DNA of 64,000 bases from Octopus vulgaris. Lineage: Eukaryota. The notes below the pieces were generated by a model, which had not been told where the DNA came from, did not search any database, and saw only the letters and a program-made list of their open reading frames with translations. Position numbers and translations under genes: made by a program. The DNA lies in the NCBI GenBank assembly GCA_951406725.2, contig OX597822.1:74648001-74712000 (forward strand), in the 5' to 3' direction. This document shows, one piece after another, positions 40,056 to 53,427 of the stretch (positions are counted from its first letter, which is position 1; each line of letters starts with the position of its first letter).

Positions 40056-41627
40056 TATTTATAAGGCTGGTGTGCAATGATGTTGTCAAGAAGTAGGCCT
40101 CAAAACAGTGTGCATTTCCTCCTGATGATCTCATACACTTGCTGGCTTCTAGCTTGTAGGGATTTCAACTTGTAGCACTTGCATGTGTAAGTTGTTTGCA
40201 AAACATCTTAAAATTTTTTAATTTATAACCGTAGGATAATAAAATGAAATTAAAAAAAGCTACTTTAATGAAATTTTTGTTGCACATCTTAAAGCCACAA
40301 CCTTGTAATTTGGATGCTTTTAGTGGAGTCCCTTAAACTAGGTTTCCAGTATAAGAATAACTTCCTCCCACAAGTTTCAGAGGCCCTATAAGGGGTCATG
40401 GGTCCTGTCTTCTCTCCTGACTAACAAAAGGAATATATTAAACATGGTATTAAATATTTATTTCTTTATTGCTCACAGGAGGCTAAACACAGAGGGGACA
40501 AACAAAAACAGACAAAGGGGTTAAATCGATTACATCGACCCCAGTGCATAACTGGTACTTATTTAATCAACCCTAAAAGGATGAAAAGTAAAGCTGACCT
40601 CGGTGGAATTGAACTCAGAACATAATGGCAGACGAAATACTGCTAGGCAGTTCACCTGGTGTGCCAACGATTCTGCCAGCTCGCCGCCCTGATGGTATTA
40701 AATATTGTATCATGTTGGGGCTTGTGAAGGTGCATGGCTCAGTGGATCAAGTGTCAGGCTCACAGTCACGTGGTTGTGAGTTTGATTCCTCGACCGGGCT
40801 GTGTGTTGTGTTCTTGAGCAAAACACTTTATTTTATGTTGCTCCAGTTTACTCAGCTGTAGAAATGAGTTGCGATGTCACTGGTGCCAAGATATATCGGC
40901 CCCTTTGCTTTTCCCTTGGATAACATTAGTGGCATGGAGAGGGGAGGCTGGTATACGTGGCTGATTGCTGGTCTTCCATAAACAACCCTGCTCAGATTTG
41001 TGCCTTGGAGGGGAATTTTCTATGTGCAACCCCATGGTCATTCATGACTGAAGTGGATCACAATAACTTATAGGTACAGGCATGGCTGTGGGGTTAAGAA
41101 ACTTGCTTTGTAGTCATGTAGTTTAGGGTTCAGTTCCACCCTTATCATCAGAAGTGATGAAATGCCGTTCCTTGTGTTTATTTGACAACTGGTCTGGTGT
41201 TGGTTTCTTTACATCCCTGTAACTTGGTAATTTGACAAAAATTGACCGATAAAATAAATATCAGACTTGAAAAAAAAAAAAAAGTAAGGTAATAAGTGTA
41301 TTTCGAGGTGGTGCTCCAGTATGGCAGCAGTCCAGTGGCTGAAACAAAAACGGTAAAAAGTTAAACGATGGTAGCAAGAATTTATTCTTTTATTCTTTTG
41401 CTTGTTTCAGTCATTTGACTGCGGCCATGCTGGAGCATCAGCTTTAGTTGAACAAATTGACCCTAGGACTTATTCTTTGTAAGCCTTAATACTTATTCTA
41501 TCAGTCTCTTTTGCTGAACTGTTAAGTTACAGAGATGTGAACACACCAAGATCAGTTTCCAAGCGATAGTGGTAGTGGTGGGGGGCAAACACAGACACAC
41601 AAACATATAACATACACACACACATAC

Positions 41628-41690
<63 letters not shown>

Positions 41691-42125
41691 GTTTCTTTCA
41701 GTTTCTGTCTACTAAATCCACTTGCATGGCTTTGGTCGGCCTGAGGCTATAGTAGAAGATACTTGCCCAAGGTGCCACGCAGTGGGATTGAACCTCAAAT
41801 CATATGGTTGGGAAGCAAGATTCTTACCACAGAGCCGCACCTGCACCCATGTAACTAATTGATTTCAAATTTTGGTACGCAGCCATCAGTTTCAAAGGAG
41901 ATGGATAAGTTGATTCCATCGACCCCCCACACTCCCCCCAGCACCCAACTGGTACTTATTTAATCAACCTCGAAAGGACAAACAGCAAAGTTTGCCCAGG
42001 TGGAGTTTGAACTCAGAAAGAAAAGATAGATGAAATGCCGCTAAACAGTTTGCCTGGTGCAGTAATGATTCTGCCAGCTTGTTACCTTAATTTATCTTAA
42101 TTAATTATGTTGTATGTTTCTTCAG

Positions 42126-42256
42126 TCCCAGACAGCATCCCCTTTGACGAGTCCGTTTACATTCAGCCAATAGCAACAGAACTGAACAAGCAAAATATTC
42201 TGATTTATGTCCAACAGAAGAAGAGAAAGCTGGAACCTTTTTCTAAAGATTTCTCT
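42126..42256 (+). CDS. RPTP exon 12: juxtamembrane/pre-D1 (VPDSIPFDESVYIQPI...FSKDFS)
   Basis: ttcAG acceptor, GTAAGT donor, phase 1-0, open. Confidence 0.88.
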
Positions 42257-43211
42257 GTAAGTTTACCAAACTACAGCAGGTTTTTTTCATTCCATTTCTT
42301 TTTTTTCTTCTTTGTAAAGAATGTGGAATAAATGTCTCTTCTAATACCCTAAATTTAGTTTATATCATTCTCATCATCACCACCACCGCTGCCACCACCA
42401 CCACCACCGCCACCACAACCACCACCACCACCACCACCACAACCACCACCACCACCATTGCTGCTGCCGCCGCCACCACCACCACCACTGCCACCACAAC
42501 CACCACTACCATCACCGCTGCCACCGCCTGTATCTCCCCCACCACTGCCTGTACAACCACCACCACCACTGCTGCCACCGCCTATATCTCCCCCACCACC
42601 GCCTGTACAACCACCACCACCACTGCCTGTACAACCACCACCGCCACCACCACCAACACCACCGCTGCTTCCACTACTGCCTGTACCACCACCACCACCA
42701 CAACTGTGTCACCACCTGTACTACCACCACCATCACCACCACCACCACCACCATCATCACCATCATCATCATCATCCCTCCACTCCAACCTTGACTATGA
42801 TCTCTCTCTCTCTCTATCTATATACCTACTTATCTATTTATCTGCATATCCATTTATCTCCCCATCTCTCTCTCTTTCTTTTTCTCGATCTATCTATCAG
42901 TATATCTATACATGGTTGGGTGTCCTTCCAAATGCTGTCCAATTCATACATTATATTGATTGCATTTTATCATGGGATTAACACTAAAGACAAAGGTTGT
43001 CAAATAGAATACATAAAAACAAAGATAAGACTGCCATTTGCTCTGAAATAGGACCACAGATGTTGAGAGATCCAATAAGATCCAATATGAACAATTACAA
43101 GGGGAGAAGTGAGTGTATATAATGATTTAAAAGTGGAAAGGATATATAATCCCTCAAAACATCTCAAACAGCAGAGGTCATTGTTATAACTGGACAGGAT
43201 TGGCCAACTTA

Positions 43212-43449
43212 TTGGGTTGGTGCATAATTATTGCGGTTTTTTTTTTCAACAAAAACAATAACAACATGTAACAAAAACATCTTTAAATGATTATTCCGGA
43301 GCATATTCACAATCTAGATCAATTACTGCTTCCCATTTGCTTGGAAGATGGTCAGACCGTCATTTAAATATGCTTTTGTTAAATATTCTTATTGTTTTTG
43401 TTGAATAAAATTTGTTGAAAAAACCCACAATAATTATGCACCAACTCAA
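43212..43449. mobile_element. Mariner-derived MITE (Hsmar1/MADE1-like TIR)
   Basis: TA|TTGGGTTGGTGCATAATTATTGCGG ... CAATAATTATGCACCAACTCAA|TA. Confidence 0.82.
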
Positions 43450-43724
43450 TATAATCCTTAAAACATCTCAAATAGCAGAGGTCATCATTGTAACTGGATA
43501 GGCTTAGCCAACTTATAAAGAACTCTTCTGCAAACTGAGTTTGTCTTTGATTCTTAATGGGACAAAAGTAAGTAGAACTTAATGCTTCATAACTGGATAC
43601 TCATTCCTATAACTATAATAAGGTTCCTACTTATCCATGAACCAGTTTGATGAATCAGTTAGTCATATTCTCTACCGATGCTTGATATGTATTTTATTAT
43701 AAATTATTTCGGTTTGTGTTTCAG

Positions 43725-43812
43725 GATCTTCCTTGTAATCTTCTTTATCCATGTACTGAAGCAATAAAACCTGAAAATAAAGACAAGAATCGTTTCCAAT
43801 GTTTACTTCCTT
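43725..43812 (+). CDS. RPTP exon 13: PTP D1 with KNRF (KNRY motif variant)
   Basis: DLPCNLLYPCTEAIKPENKDKNRFQCLLP; 88 nt; donor GTGAGT. Confidence 0.93.
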
Positions 43813-44828
43813 GTGAGTTTTCATTTTCTTATATTTCTGTTTTTCCAATTCCGTCTCTAATTTTTCTAAAATTTGATATGTAACTCCCTTACTGCAACCA
43901 CCAAATATATATATGAACCTATGTAGTACACATAAAAACATGGTAAATTTAACTATTTCTCTATAAATTAAAAGACATTGAAGCAAACTGCCTTAACCAG
44001 TTTTCAGTCCTTATTGGGGTCTCATCAGTATTCTTGGCATCACTTGACCTATCACAGGGAAATATTCAGCCAATCTGTTTATACACTGAACAAAGCCAGT
44101 AGCTTCAGGAAACTGGAGCTATTACTTTAAATTCTATAAGAGTTTGATGCTTTATTTAATCTCTGTGGCCTCTAAATCCAGGAGCTCAAAACAGTATGGG
44201 ATATGTCTGTGCAACATACTGAGAAGTCTGCCTAAGAAGATGTTTCTTGGCTGCAGAATGGAATAATACTTTGGAAGAGACTGCAGTCTTGCGTTCTTCA
44301 AGCAAGATGAGGTGCTTCTTTGCTATCTGATGCATTTTATCATCTAATCTTCAACCCTTTTAGTATTATCACCAGAACAGCATAAAAGACCACATACTAT
44401 TTTGAGCACAAGAGTAGTAAAAAAGAAGAAGAAAAAAACAAGATAAAAAAGAAAAAAAATCCTCTAGAAAAATGTATCTCTGCTCTGTACAACAAAGTAC
44501 TGATCCTCACTGGAATGGCTTTTTTACTGGTTTGAATATGTGTCAAGCATAGTCGAACCCATGATCACGAGATTGTGGTTTCAATTCCTGGACCTAGTAG
44601 TGCATTGTGTTCTTGAGTGAAACACTCTATTTCACGTTGATCTGTGATCACTTCAGCCCTTGGCATGTGGCACACAGTACTTCTGTTCAGCAACGTCAAT
44701 TTGATGGTGAGTGTGAGCTAATGTACAGCACATACATTTGACCATTATCGACAAATCATTTGTGCTTGTTCGACAAAAAATTGCAGGACCATCTTTATTG
44801 AACTATGAGAAATTTGTGTCATCATCAT

Positions 44829-44882
<54 letters not shown>

Positions 44883-46118
44883 TGTATATATAAAAACATG
44901 ATTCTTTTTACATAAATCTATATTTGGATAATAGCAAGACAATGAGCTGGCAGAGTCATTAACATGTAGGGGGAAAGCTTTATGCTGCATTTTGTCTGAC
45001 TCTTCACTCTGAGTTCAAATTCCACCAAGGTTGTCTTTGCCTTTGTTGTAGCACTGTACATAATAATATCATTATTATTATTACTATTATTATCGTTATT
45101 ATTGAGTGAGAGAACAGTGCATGCCATCAAAGTGACAATGGGGTAAAATATATGAAGACCAGTATACCGATCATGACTACCTGTCTGATAGGGGTACACC
45201 AGTCACATGCATCCCAACCATATGTGCGTGACATGGTGATCTCATAACAAGATAAATAGCGCATGACGATGCAGATGGGGCCCAGTTAGAATTTTCTTCT
45301 GGTCGAGTAACCCATCTCGCTCAAAGGTCCCTGAATAAGGATTGCTTAAGGATGTTGAACGAAGTACCCATGTTTCCAGAAGTGAATTATTCAAACTCCA
45401 AAGAATCCCTCTCAACACATGACTCTGATGCTCCCCCATTACTTCTGCTTGAGATCAGAGATGCATATATCGTCAGCCACTAAGGGACATGCTCAACTGG
45501 TTACGGTCAAACAACCACCTTTCATCCTTTTGAGGTCGATTAAATAAGTACCAGTTACACACTGGGGTTGATATAATCGACTTAATCTGTTTGTCTGTCC
45601 TTGTTTGTCCCCTCTGTGTGTAGCCCCTTGAGGGCAGTAAAGAAATGGGCCTTGTGGTGGACATGTATACACACAAAAAGTAAAGGTTAAGTTACCTTCT
45701 CATGCCATGCTGGCTCATAAGGGCCAGATCCGAAAGGATGAAATGTAGTTGTTTGACCATAACCAGTTGAGCATATCCCTTAGTGGCTGACGATATGTGC
45801 ATCTTTGATCTCGAGCAGAAGTAGTGGGGGAGCATCAGAGCCATGTGTTGAGAGGGATTCCTTGGGGTTTGAATAATTCACCTCTGGAAATGTGCTAACG
45901 TTTCTGCCAGCTCACCACCTTAAAAAGGCAGAGTCAACCGTGGCAGCATTTCAACTCAGTCAACCTTTTGAGTTAGATAAAATAAGTACCAGCTGAGCAA
46001 TGGGGTCGATGCAATCCAATTATCCCCCCACCTCAAACTTGCTGGCCTTGTGCCAAAATTTGAAATCTGTATAAAATCAAATCTATTCATAACTTTGTAT
46101 TTTTGTTCTTCAATTCAG

Positions 46119-46192
46119 ATGATCACTCTCGAGTTGTGTTACAACCTGATGCAACCTTTTCGTCTGATTACATTAACGCTTCGTACATACAT
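46119..46192 (+). CDS. RPTP exon 14: YDHSRVVL...SDYINASYIH
   Basis: Diagnostic PTP motifs DxSRVxL and DYINAS. Confidence 0.96.
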
Positions 46193-46359
46193 GTAAGTTA
46201 GTTTGGTTTTGCAATTAACTTCATTCTTAATTAACGTTGTTGTCTTGTTTTCTCCTCTCTGTCTGTTATTCTAACCCTTCCATTTAAATTTAAATTTAAA
46301 ATTTGCTGTTTTAATCTTCACAAGTAACTCAATATCTCATTGAAAGTTAATACATATAT

Positions 46360-46392
<33 letters not shown>

Positions 46393-46469
46393 ACACACAC
46401 ATGCATACACATACGGATGTGCCTACATTTACTTAAATCCTCACACTCTATGGAGAATAAGCCATTGAT

Positions 46470-46630
46470 TGCAATTCTCCGCTATTCTCATCTCTGGGTT
46501 GTCTTTTCTGATCCCTGACTTTCCAACTCAACCCCAGTATCCTACCTCCACCTATTTTTTAGGACATCCTCTCTTCTGTCTCCCTTGCAGGTTCCAAGTC
46601 AGGGCCTGATATGTAATGCAGTCTCCTTAA
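46470..46630 (-). mobile_element. RTE LINE C-terminal fragment
   Basis: CITYQALTWNLQGRQKRGCP resembles ALxWNPQGxRxRGRP. Confidence 0.6.
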
Positions 46631-48482
46631 GATTTTGCATTATGGCATCATATGTTTCCCTGAATGAAGGCCTTTCTCTCCTAGGCCTTGTTGGTTTCGA
46701 ATTATCGTCTACACTTCTGTAACTTTGCTTTTCTCTTGGTAAGAGTGGGTCCTATGCAAACCCATTTTTACCTCTTGAAAGACATGGTCCATATAACTCT
46801 CACCTTTGACCTGTCCTTGATGGGAAACTCCATCAGGAGCTTGTGATCTGCTGGAATAGCTTTGAGGGTCATTGAAGCACATAGGCCACCACTGCAACCA
46901 GGTCTGGGCCTTGTGGTGGACGTGTATACACACAAAAGGTAATGGTAAACTTAGCTTCTCATGCCATGCTGATTCATAAGGGCCAGATCCTTAGTTTCAT
47001 GGCATATAAATTTACCACCTGGATGGGACCCTAGTTCATCGCAGGATTACTCATTTTTACCAGCAGAGTAGCCTGTAGCAATGTGAAATGCAGTGGTTTG
47101 CTCAAGAACACAACGCGTCACCCAGTCCGGGAATTGAAACCACAATCTTATGATCATGAGTCCAACACCCTAACCACTAAGCTGCGTGTCTCCACTGTTT
47201 ACGCACAAGTGTGGTAATGTTCAAGTGTGAACTTAACTATGATGTCTAAAACAAATTAAAGAAGAACACAAGCATAGGCACACGTACATACTTATTAAAT
47301 ATCAGCAGGCATCATGCCATAAAAAATGATGGCTACTTGTAGTATTTTATATATAAATATGGTATAAAATAAGGTACGTAATAATCACAGATATCCACAA
47401 ATCACAGATAATCACAAATATATAAAAAGAATAAAAAAATATATATTAGGAGATATATATAAGGATATTGTTTACAATAATATCAAGTGACATAACATGT
47501 GTAAATAGCCATAAAGGTAATACCGTAAGGTAAAAAAAAATATTAATTAATAATTAATGAGGCTACAAGTAGCACTGGCATGTTAATATTGTTGTCGATG
47601 ATGACTAAGGGCATCACATGGGAGAAGAAAATGGATCACAGTGTGTCTGGTTGTGGTTGATCAGTCTGTCTAATGTGTACTTGGAAGGCTCTGTAGCAGA
47701 TCAGGCACTGCTGGGATTGAAAGCAAGGAATTGGCTCTGGAATTGTGCAGTTTGCATTTTTTTCTGTGCTTTGTGGACGTTTATACATGCATACGTGGTA
47801 ATGTTCATGTATGAACTTAACCATGATAACTAAAATACATTAAAGTGTTGGGCACCATGGAGGCAAGGTGGCCAATGCTGGTGGCACATGAAAGGCACCT
47901 TTCAAGTGTTGGGCTTCACTGAGGCAATAGTGAATGACCAAGACCTTTGGTATTATGCCATGCTTGAGAAGAGGACCCGTCAAGCCACGTAAAATCATAG
48001 ACATGGCAGATACTGGTGTCATTCAACAGCACCTGTGCCATTGGCAAAGAAAATCACCCATCACACTCTTGGAGGGGTTGGCATTAGGAAGGGGATCCAG
48101 CTGTAGCAACCATGCTAAATCAGACTGGAGTCTGGTGCAGCCTTCCAGCTTGCCAATCCTGATCAAACTGTCCAACTTATGCCAGCATGGACAACAGACG
48201 TTAAATGATGATGATGATGATGATGATGAAGAACACGTACACAAACACACATACATACTTATGTATCTATACTCGCACACACATACATGTAACCCCTCAT
48301 ACACTTCAAAGAATTAGTTAAGTGTTCTAAGTACCATATCTATGTGAAAGAGTATACTCAACACAATTGCAGAGTGAGTTTTGTGGTAGGATGGGGAAAA
48401 CCTAAGGCCACTTAATATTTAGTAGTTTTATCTCAATCAAGGCTTTCCAGGAATTTTGAGGAAATTGATGTGGTACTTACAG

Positions 48483-48525
<43 letters not shown>

Positions 48526-48863
48526 GTAAGTGTGAACACATCCACACTTGCCAAAAGGCCACTTCCAAGTGCTACACTTGATAAAAAATATATTTATAGA
48601 TAAAACAAATAACAGTGATTTCAAATTTTGGCACAAAGCCACCAATTTGGGGGAAGGTAGCACATTGATTATAGCAATCCCAATCCTCATCCAATACTTG
48701 TCTTATTGACCCAAAAGGGATGAAAGGTGTAGTTGGCCTCAATAGAACTTGACCTAAGAACTTGAAGATGGATGTATTATAACTCTACCACTTATTTTTT
48801 TACTCTGCCTGCTAAAAATTCCACCAACTCGCTGCCTTAATTGAGCAAATAATATTAATAGTA

Positions 48864-48991
48864 CAGTTCTATATTTAAGAGATGAGGAATTATGTACATT
48901 ATTTACATTCGACAGACAAATGGTGTTGTGGTTAAGAGCACGGGCTACTAACCACGAGATTCTGAGTTCGATTCCAAGCAGTGACATGAAC

Positions 48992-49029
<38 letters not shown>

Positions 49030-49167
49030 CATCGAAAAATGTCTTAGGAATGAGAACCCAGGTTCGAAATTTCCCCAAGACACCTGATGAAGGCTGGAGG
49101 GTATATCAGCTGAAACGTGTTAACAACAAACAAGATGAGGACAAATATCTGTAAAATGTAAATAATG
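48864..49167 (+). mobile_element. tRNA(Arg)-derived SINE with 3' hammerhead motif, copy 3
   Basis: Perfect 13-bp TSD AATATTAATAGTA (48851 and 49168); about 57-nt inverted terminal segment at the 5' junction. Confidence 0.88.
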
Positions 49168-49639
49168 AATATTAATAGTATTATAAAATGTTTCCTGTTA
49201 ACATTCCTCTCTCTATATATCTTACCCTAAAAATATACACTGATCTTGAAACTAAATTAATCTTCTATATTGACAACTTTATCAAATAATCATAAGTATT
49301 TGATCCACTTGTAATCTTTTTAGTTATGAAAATATAGTATTTAATTTGGGTTTACAAGAACAAGGTTTTATTCAAACTATTAATAATATATCTGATTATA
49401 TATATATATATATGTATTTGTATATATACTAGTAGAGATAACCGGCATTGCTCAGGATTGAAATGGCATTGTTTCTTTTATTGTTGTACTTGATTCGGTC
49501 ATGTGACTGTGGACATACTGGAGCACCGCCTTTAGTTGAAGAAATCGACTGAGGAAAGAAAACTCTGAATGACCCATCCTTGTTTTCCTTGTATCGTCTA
49601 TCTGGATGTTTTGTGTTCTTGTCCCATTTTGTATATATA

Positions 49640-50906
49640 TCAGGTCATCCCATAAGTTCTGTCCAATTTTACCTTTTTTAAAATTGAATGAAATTTAATA
49701 GTATTTTAGCATGTCTAATTGAATTGAAAAATTATTTTTATGCATTTGTGCACATTTAAACTAATTAAATATTATTTTACAGAATAATAGAATTAAAATT
49801 TCTTTGATTAAAACCCTTTCTAACATGGAAGTAACGAAAGAGCATTTAAGGCACATAATGCTTTATGAGTACAAAAAAGGATACTCTGCAGCCGAAGCGA
49901 CTTGAAACATACACTCAGTTTATGGGGAAAGAATGCTAGAATGAAAGAACTTGCAGAAGATGGTTTGCAAAATTCAGAAGTGAAGATTTCAGCCTTGAAG
50001 ATGAAGATCAAACAGGATGTCCAGTTGAGTTTGATGATAAGCTCCTTGAGGCATTACTTCAAGAAAATCCTGCATTATCAGTTGAAGAATAGGCAATAAA
50101 GCCTAGTTCAAACCATATAACTGTTTATCGTTATCTTCAACAACTTGGAAAGGTTCCTAAACTTGAAAAATGGGTGCCTCATGAATTGTCCGAAAGCAAC
50201 TGCAAATCCCGAGTTGACATCTGCTCTTGTCTCCATTCTCATGAACTTATTTCACCCATTTTGGATTGACTTGTGACTGGTGACGAAAAGTGGATCTTCT
50301 ATTGAAATGTTAAACATCATAAACAGTGGCTTGGTAAAAGGGAAAAAGTGCAGCCACAACTGAGAAGGGAACTTCATGGGAAAAAGGTTCTTTGCTCTAT
50401 CTGGTGTGATTGCAAAGGAGTAATTCACTTTGAATTGTAACCACCTAACGCAACAATCAATGCTGAGGTCTACTGTCAGCAATTAGAACGTTTGACCCAA
50501 GCTTTGAAGAAAAAAGACTTAATCGGAAAGGAGTGATATTTCATCAGGACGTGTGACCCCACACTGCAAAGATCACATCACAGAAGATTGAAGAGCTTGG
50601 TTGGCAAAAAATTCCACACTCACCTTATTCTCCCGACCTTGCTCCTTCAGACTACCATTTGTTTCATAGTTTACAGAATTATTTGGGGGACATAACTTTC
50701 GCAAGGTCAAAACTGATATTTCAGAGGTCTTCACTTTGAAACCAAAAGATTTTTACATTGATGAGATTAAAAAGCTTTTAAATAGATGGAAGGAAGTCAT
50801 AGATAATCAGGGAAAGTACGTTGATGATTAAATTTCAATTAAATATAACATTTGATCACTTGTTTTCTTTATTCAAAATTCAGACAGAACTTATGGGATG
50901 ACCTGA
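49640..50906 (+). mobile_element. Full-length decayed mariner transposon (intron 14)
   Basis: TIRs TCAGGTCATCCCATAAGTTCTGTC, TA TSD; ATG 49825 MEVTKEHLRH, WVPHEL, TGDEKW, YSPDLAPSDYHLF; stops and frameshifts. Confidence 0.95.
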
Positions 50907-50913
50907 TATATAT

Positions 50914-50971
<58 letters not shown>

Positions 50972-51322
50972 GTTATTCCTCTTTGAGATTCAAATTTCAC
51001 ATTACTGCTATCCAGGCTATAAGATGGTAAAGACTCACTTTGGTCATGAATGATTATGGAACTGCACCTAGAAAGTTCCCTATCCATACCCCCAATGTTA
51101 TCTAGGGGAAAGAAAAAAAATACAGCTTGGCACTAGGTTATACTCTTTACAAAAATTTCATTATCAACATTCAAGTTATCAACTTTTCATATATGTTAGC
51201 CTTGATGTATTTAATAATGAAATACTTGCATTTCTAAGACCCTTGAATAGTAACAATTTGATATAAAGGAAATTAATTGTCTTAAAATTAATGAAGTTTT
51301 TTTTATATATCTTTCATTTCAG

Positions 51323-51347
51323 GACAAGAAATATATTTCAACACAAG
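51323..51347 (+). CDS. RPTP exon 15: 25-nt microexon DKKYISTQ
   Basis: YIxTQ motif; tttcAG acceptor and AAG|GTATTT donor; only phase 0-1 bridge I found between exons 14 and 16. Confidence 0.85.
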
Positions 51348-51478
51348 GTATTTTCCATTTTGCTATTTATATTTTCATTTTGCTATTTTATCTCATTTTA
51401 TCTCAATGTATATTTAGTTTTAATTTCATGTTCTTATTTAATCTCATCTGCATTCTGTGTTTTTCTCTCTCTGTTGCT

Positions 51479-51539
<61 letters not shown>

Positions 51540-51846
51540 TAACAGTTATAAATATGTTCAATTGATATTTTTCGGGAAATATTGAAGGAGATATGTTGAT
51601 CTGATGAAGCATCATTACATATTTAAATGGATTTGATTATTCTTGGAAAACTTCTTTTAATTAATGTGGAAACAGGTGTATAAGTGGAAACAGCTGTAAT
51701 TTATGAGATGTGTCATTTGTTTGTATAAAATACATAAATTGAATTAAATTTATAATTGTTCAATTTATTGTTTTGTTTTTCATTTCTTATTTATATTATA
51801 TTATATTATATTATATTATATTATGTTATATTATATTATATTATGT

Positions 51847-51891
<45 letters not shown>

Positions 51892-52015
51892 GTAATGCAA
51901 TACGAGAGTATTGCCTTTCCAGTAAAGAATAGCCCATGAAGCTATACATTAGCGTCATATTATTACGTTTGCTATTTCCAGTAAATATCGGTACTTCGTT
52001 GTGCCATATATTTAC

Positions 52016-52055
<40 letters not shown>

Positions 52056-53338
52056 TTAAGATGATAGCTTCACAGCCACACGGTTTTAGGTTCAGCCCCA
52101 TGACATGGTACCATAGTACAGGGAAACTGAAAAGGATCCAGTTATCTTATATGTGAAGCAGCCATATATATGTATGAGTTTTTGTGTGAGTGTATGTGTG
52201 TGTTCTTGTCTTCACGACTGGTACTAATTGTAAGCAAACATCACTGTCATAAATGCAATGTCATTTGTTTGAAATCTTATGTGAAAGCATGTCCAGCTGT
52301 GGTAATGCTCATGTTTGGACAACTAAGAGAAATATAGCGTTGCTTGGAAACAGGTGAGGGTTAGCAACAAGAAGAGCATCCAACAATAAAAGATTTGCCT
52401 GGCATGGAAAATTGGACATTAACATGATGATGAGGCTCTATCGGCAAAGACCCCCTTCGGTCATGAATGTCCATATGGTTGCACCAAGAAAGTTACCCTC
52501 TGAGGCACAAGTCTGGGCAAGGTTTGTCTATGGAAGACCAGCTATCGCCCATGCATACCAGCCTCCTCTCTCCATGCCACTGACCACTAGTGGCATTGTC
52601 ACAACTCATTTCTACAGCTGAATGAACTGAAACAATGTGGAAAAAAATGTCTTGCTCAAGAATACAGCACACAGCTCGGTCTGGGAATTGAACTCACTAC
52701 CTCATGATTGTGAGCATGACACTCTTACCACTGAGCCATGCTCCTTCATACTGTATGAATATACACGTTGGCATGTAAAAAGCACCATTCAAGCATGATC
52801 ATTACCTGTGTCACCTTACTGGCACCCGTGCTGGTGGCACCTGAAAAAAACATTCGAGCGTGGTCGTTGCTAGTGCCGCTGGACTGGCTCCTATGCAGAT
52901 GGCACATAAGCACCATTTGAGCGTGGCCATTGCCAGTACCGCCTGACAGGCCCTCGTGCTGGTGGTATGTAAAAGCACCCACTACACTCTTGGAGTGGTT
53001 GGCGTTAGGAAGGGCATCCAGCTGTAGAAACTCTGCCAGATCAGATTGGAGCCTGGTGCAGCCATCTGGTTCGCCAGACCTCAGTCAAATCATCCAACCC
53101 ATGCTAGCATGGAAAGCGGACGTTAAACGATGATGATATGTGTATGTCTGTTTATGTATGTATGTATGCGCACGCACACACTCACACACACATATATATG
53201 TATATATAAGTATATGTATATGCATGCATATGTACGTGTTTGCGTATGTATATGTTTAGGTATGTTTTATATAAGGATCTGTATATGCATGTATGTGTAC
53301 AAAAGTATAACATGGTGCTTTTACTTGTAATTTTCTAG

Positions 53339-53427
53339 TGCCAACGAAAAAAACAATGGTTGATTTCTGGAGAATGATATGGCAACAGAACTGTTCTGTA
53401 ATTGTATTACTCACAAACAATGAGCAG
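53339..53427 (+). CDS. RPTP exon 16: VPTKKTMVDFWRMIWQQNCSVIVLLTNNEQ
   Basis: DFWRMIW and IVxLT PTP motifs. Confidence 0.96.

Noticed and set aside
42126-42256. ITIM/ITAM in the juxtamembrane region
   Set aside because: SVYIQP and LIYVQQ lack the hydrophobic Y+3 residue
42360-43051. Formin/extensin-like poly-Pro ORF (also 34277-34561 and 56030-56482)
   Set aside because: Intronic low-complexity tracts following real donor sites; flanking exons join in frame without them
43990-44035. Minus-strand CTGATGA..GAAA hammerhead candidate (also CTGATGA at 11084 and 40122)
   Set aside because: Stems I and II do not pair convincingly, or no GAAA at a suitable distance
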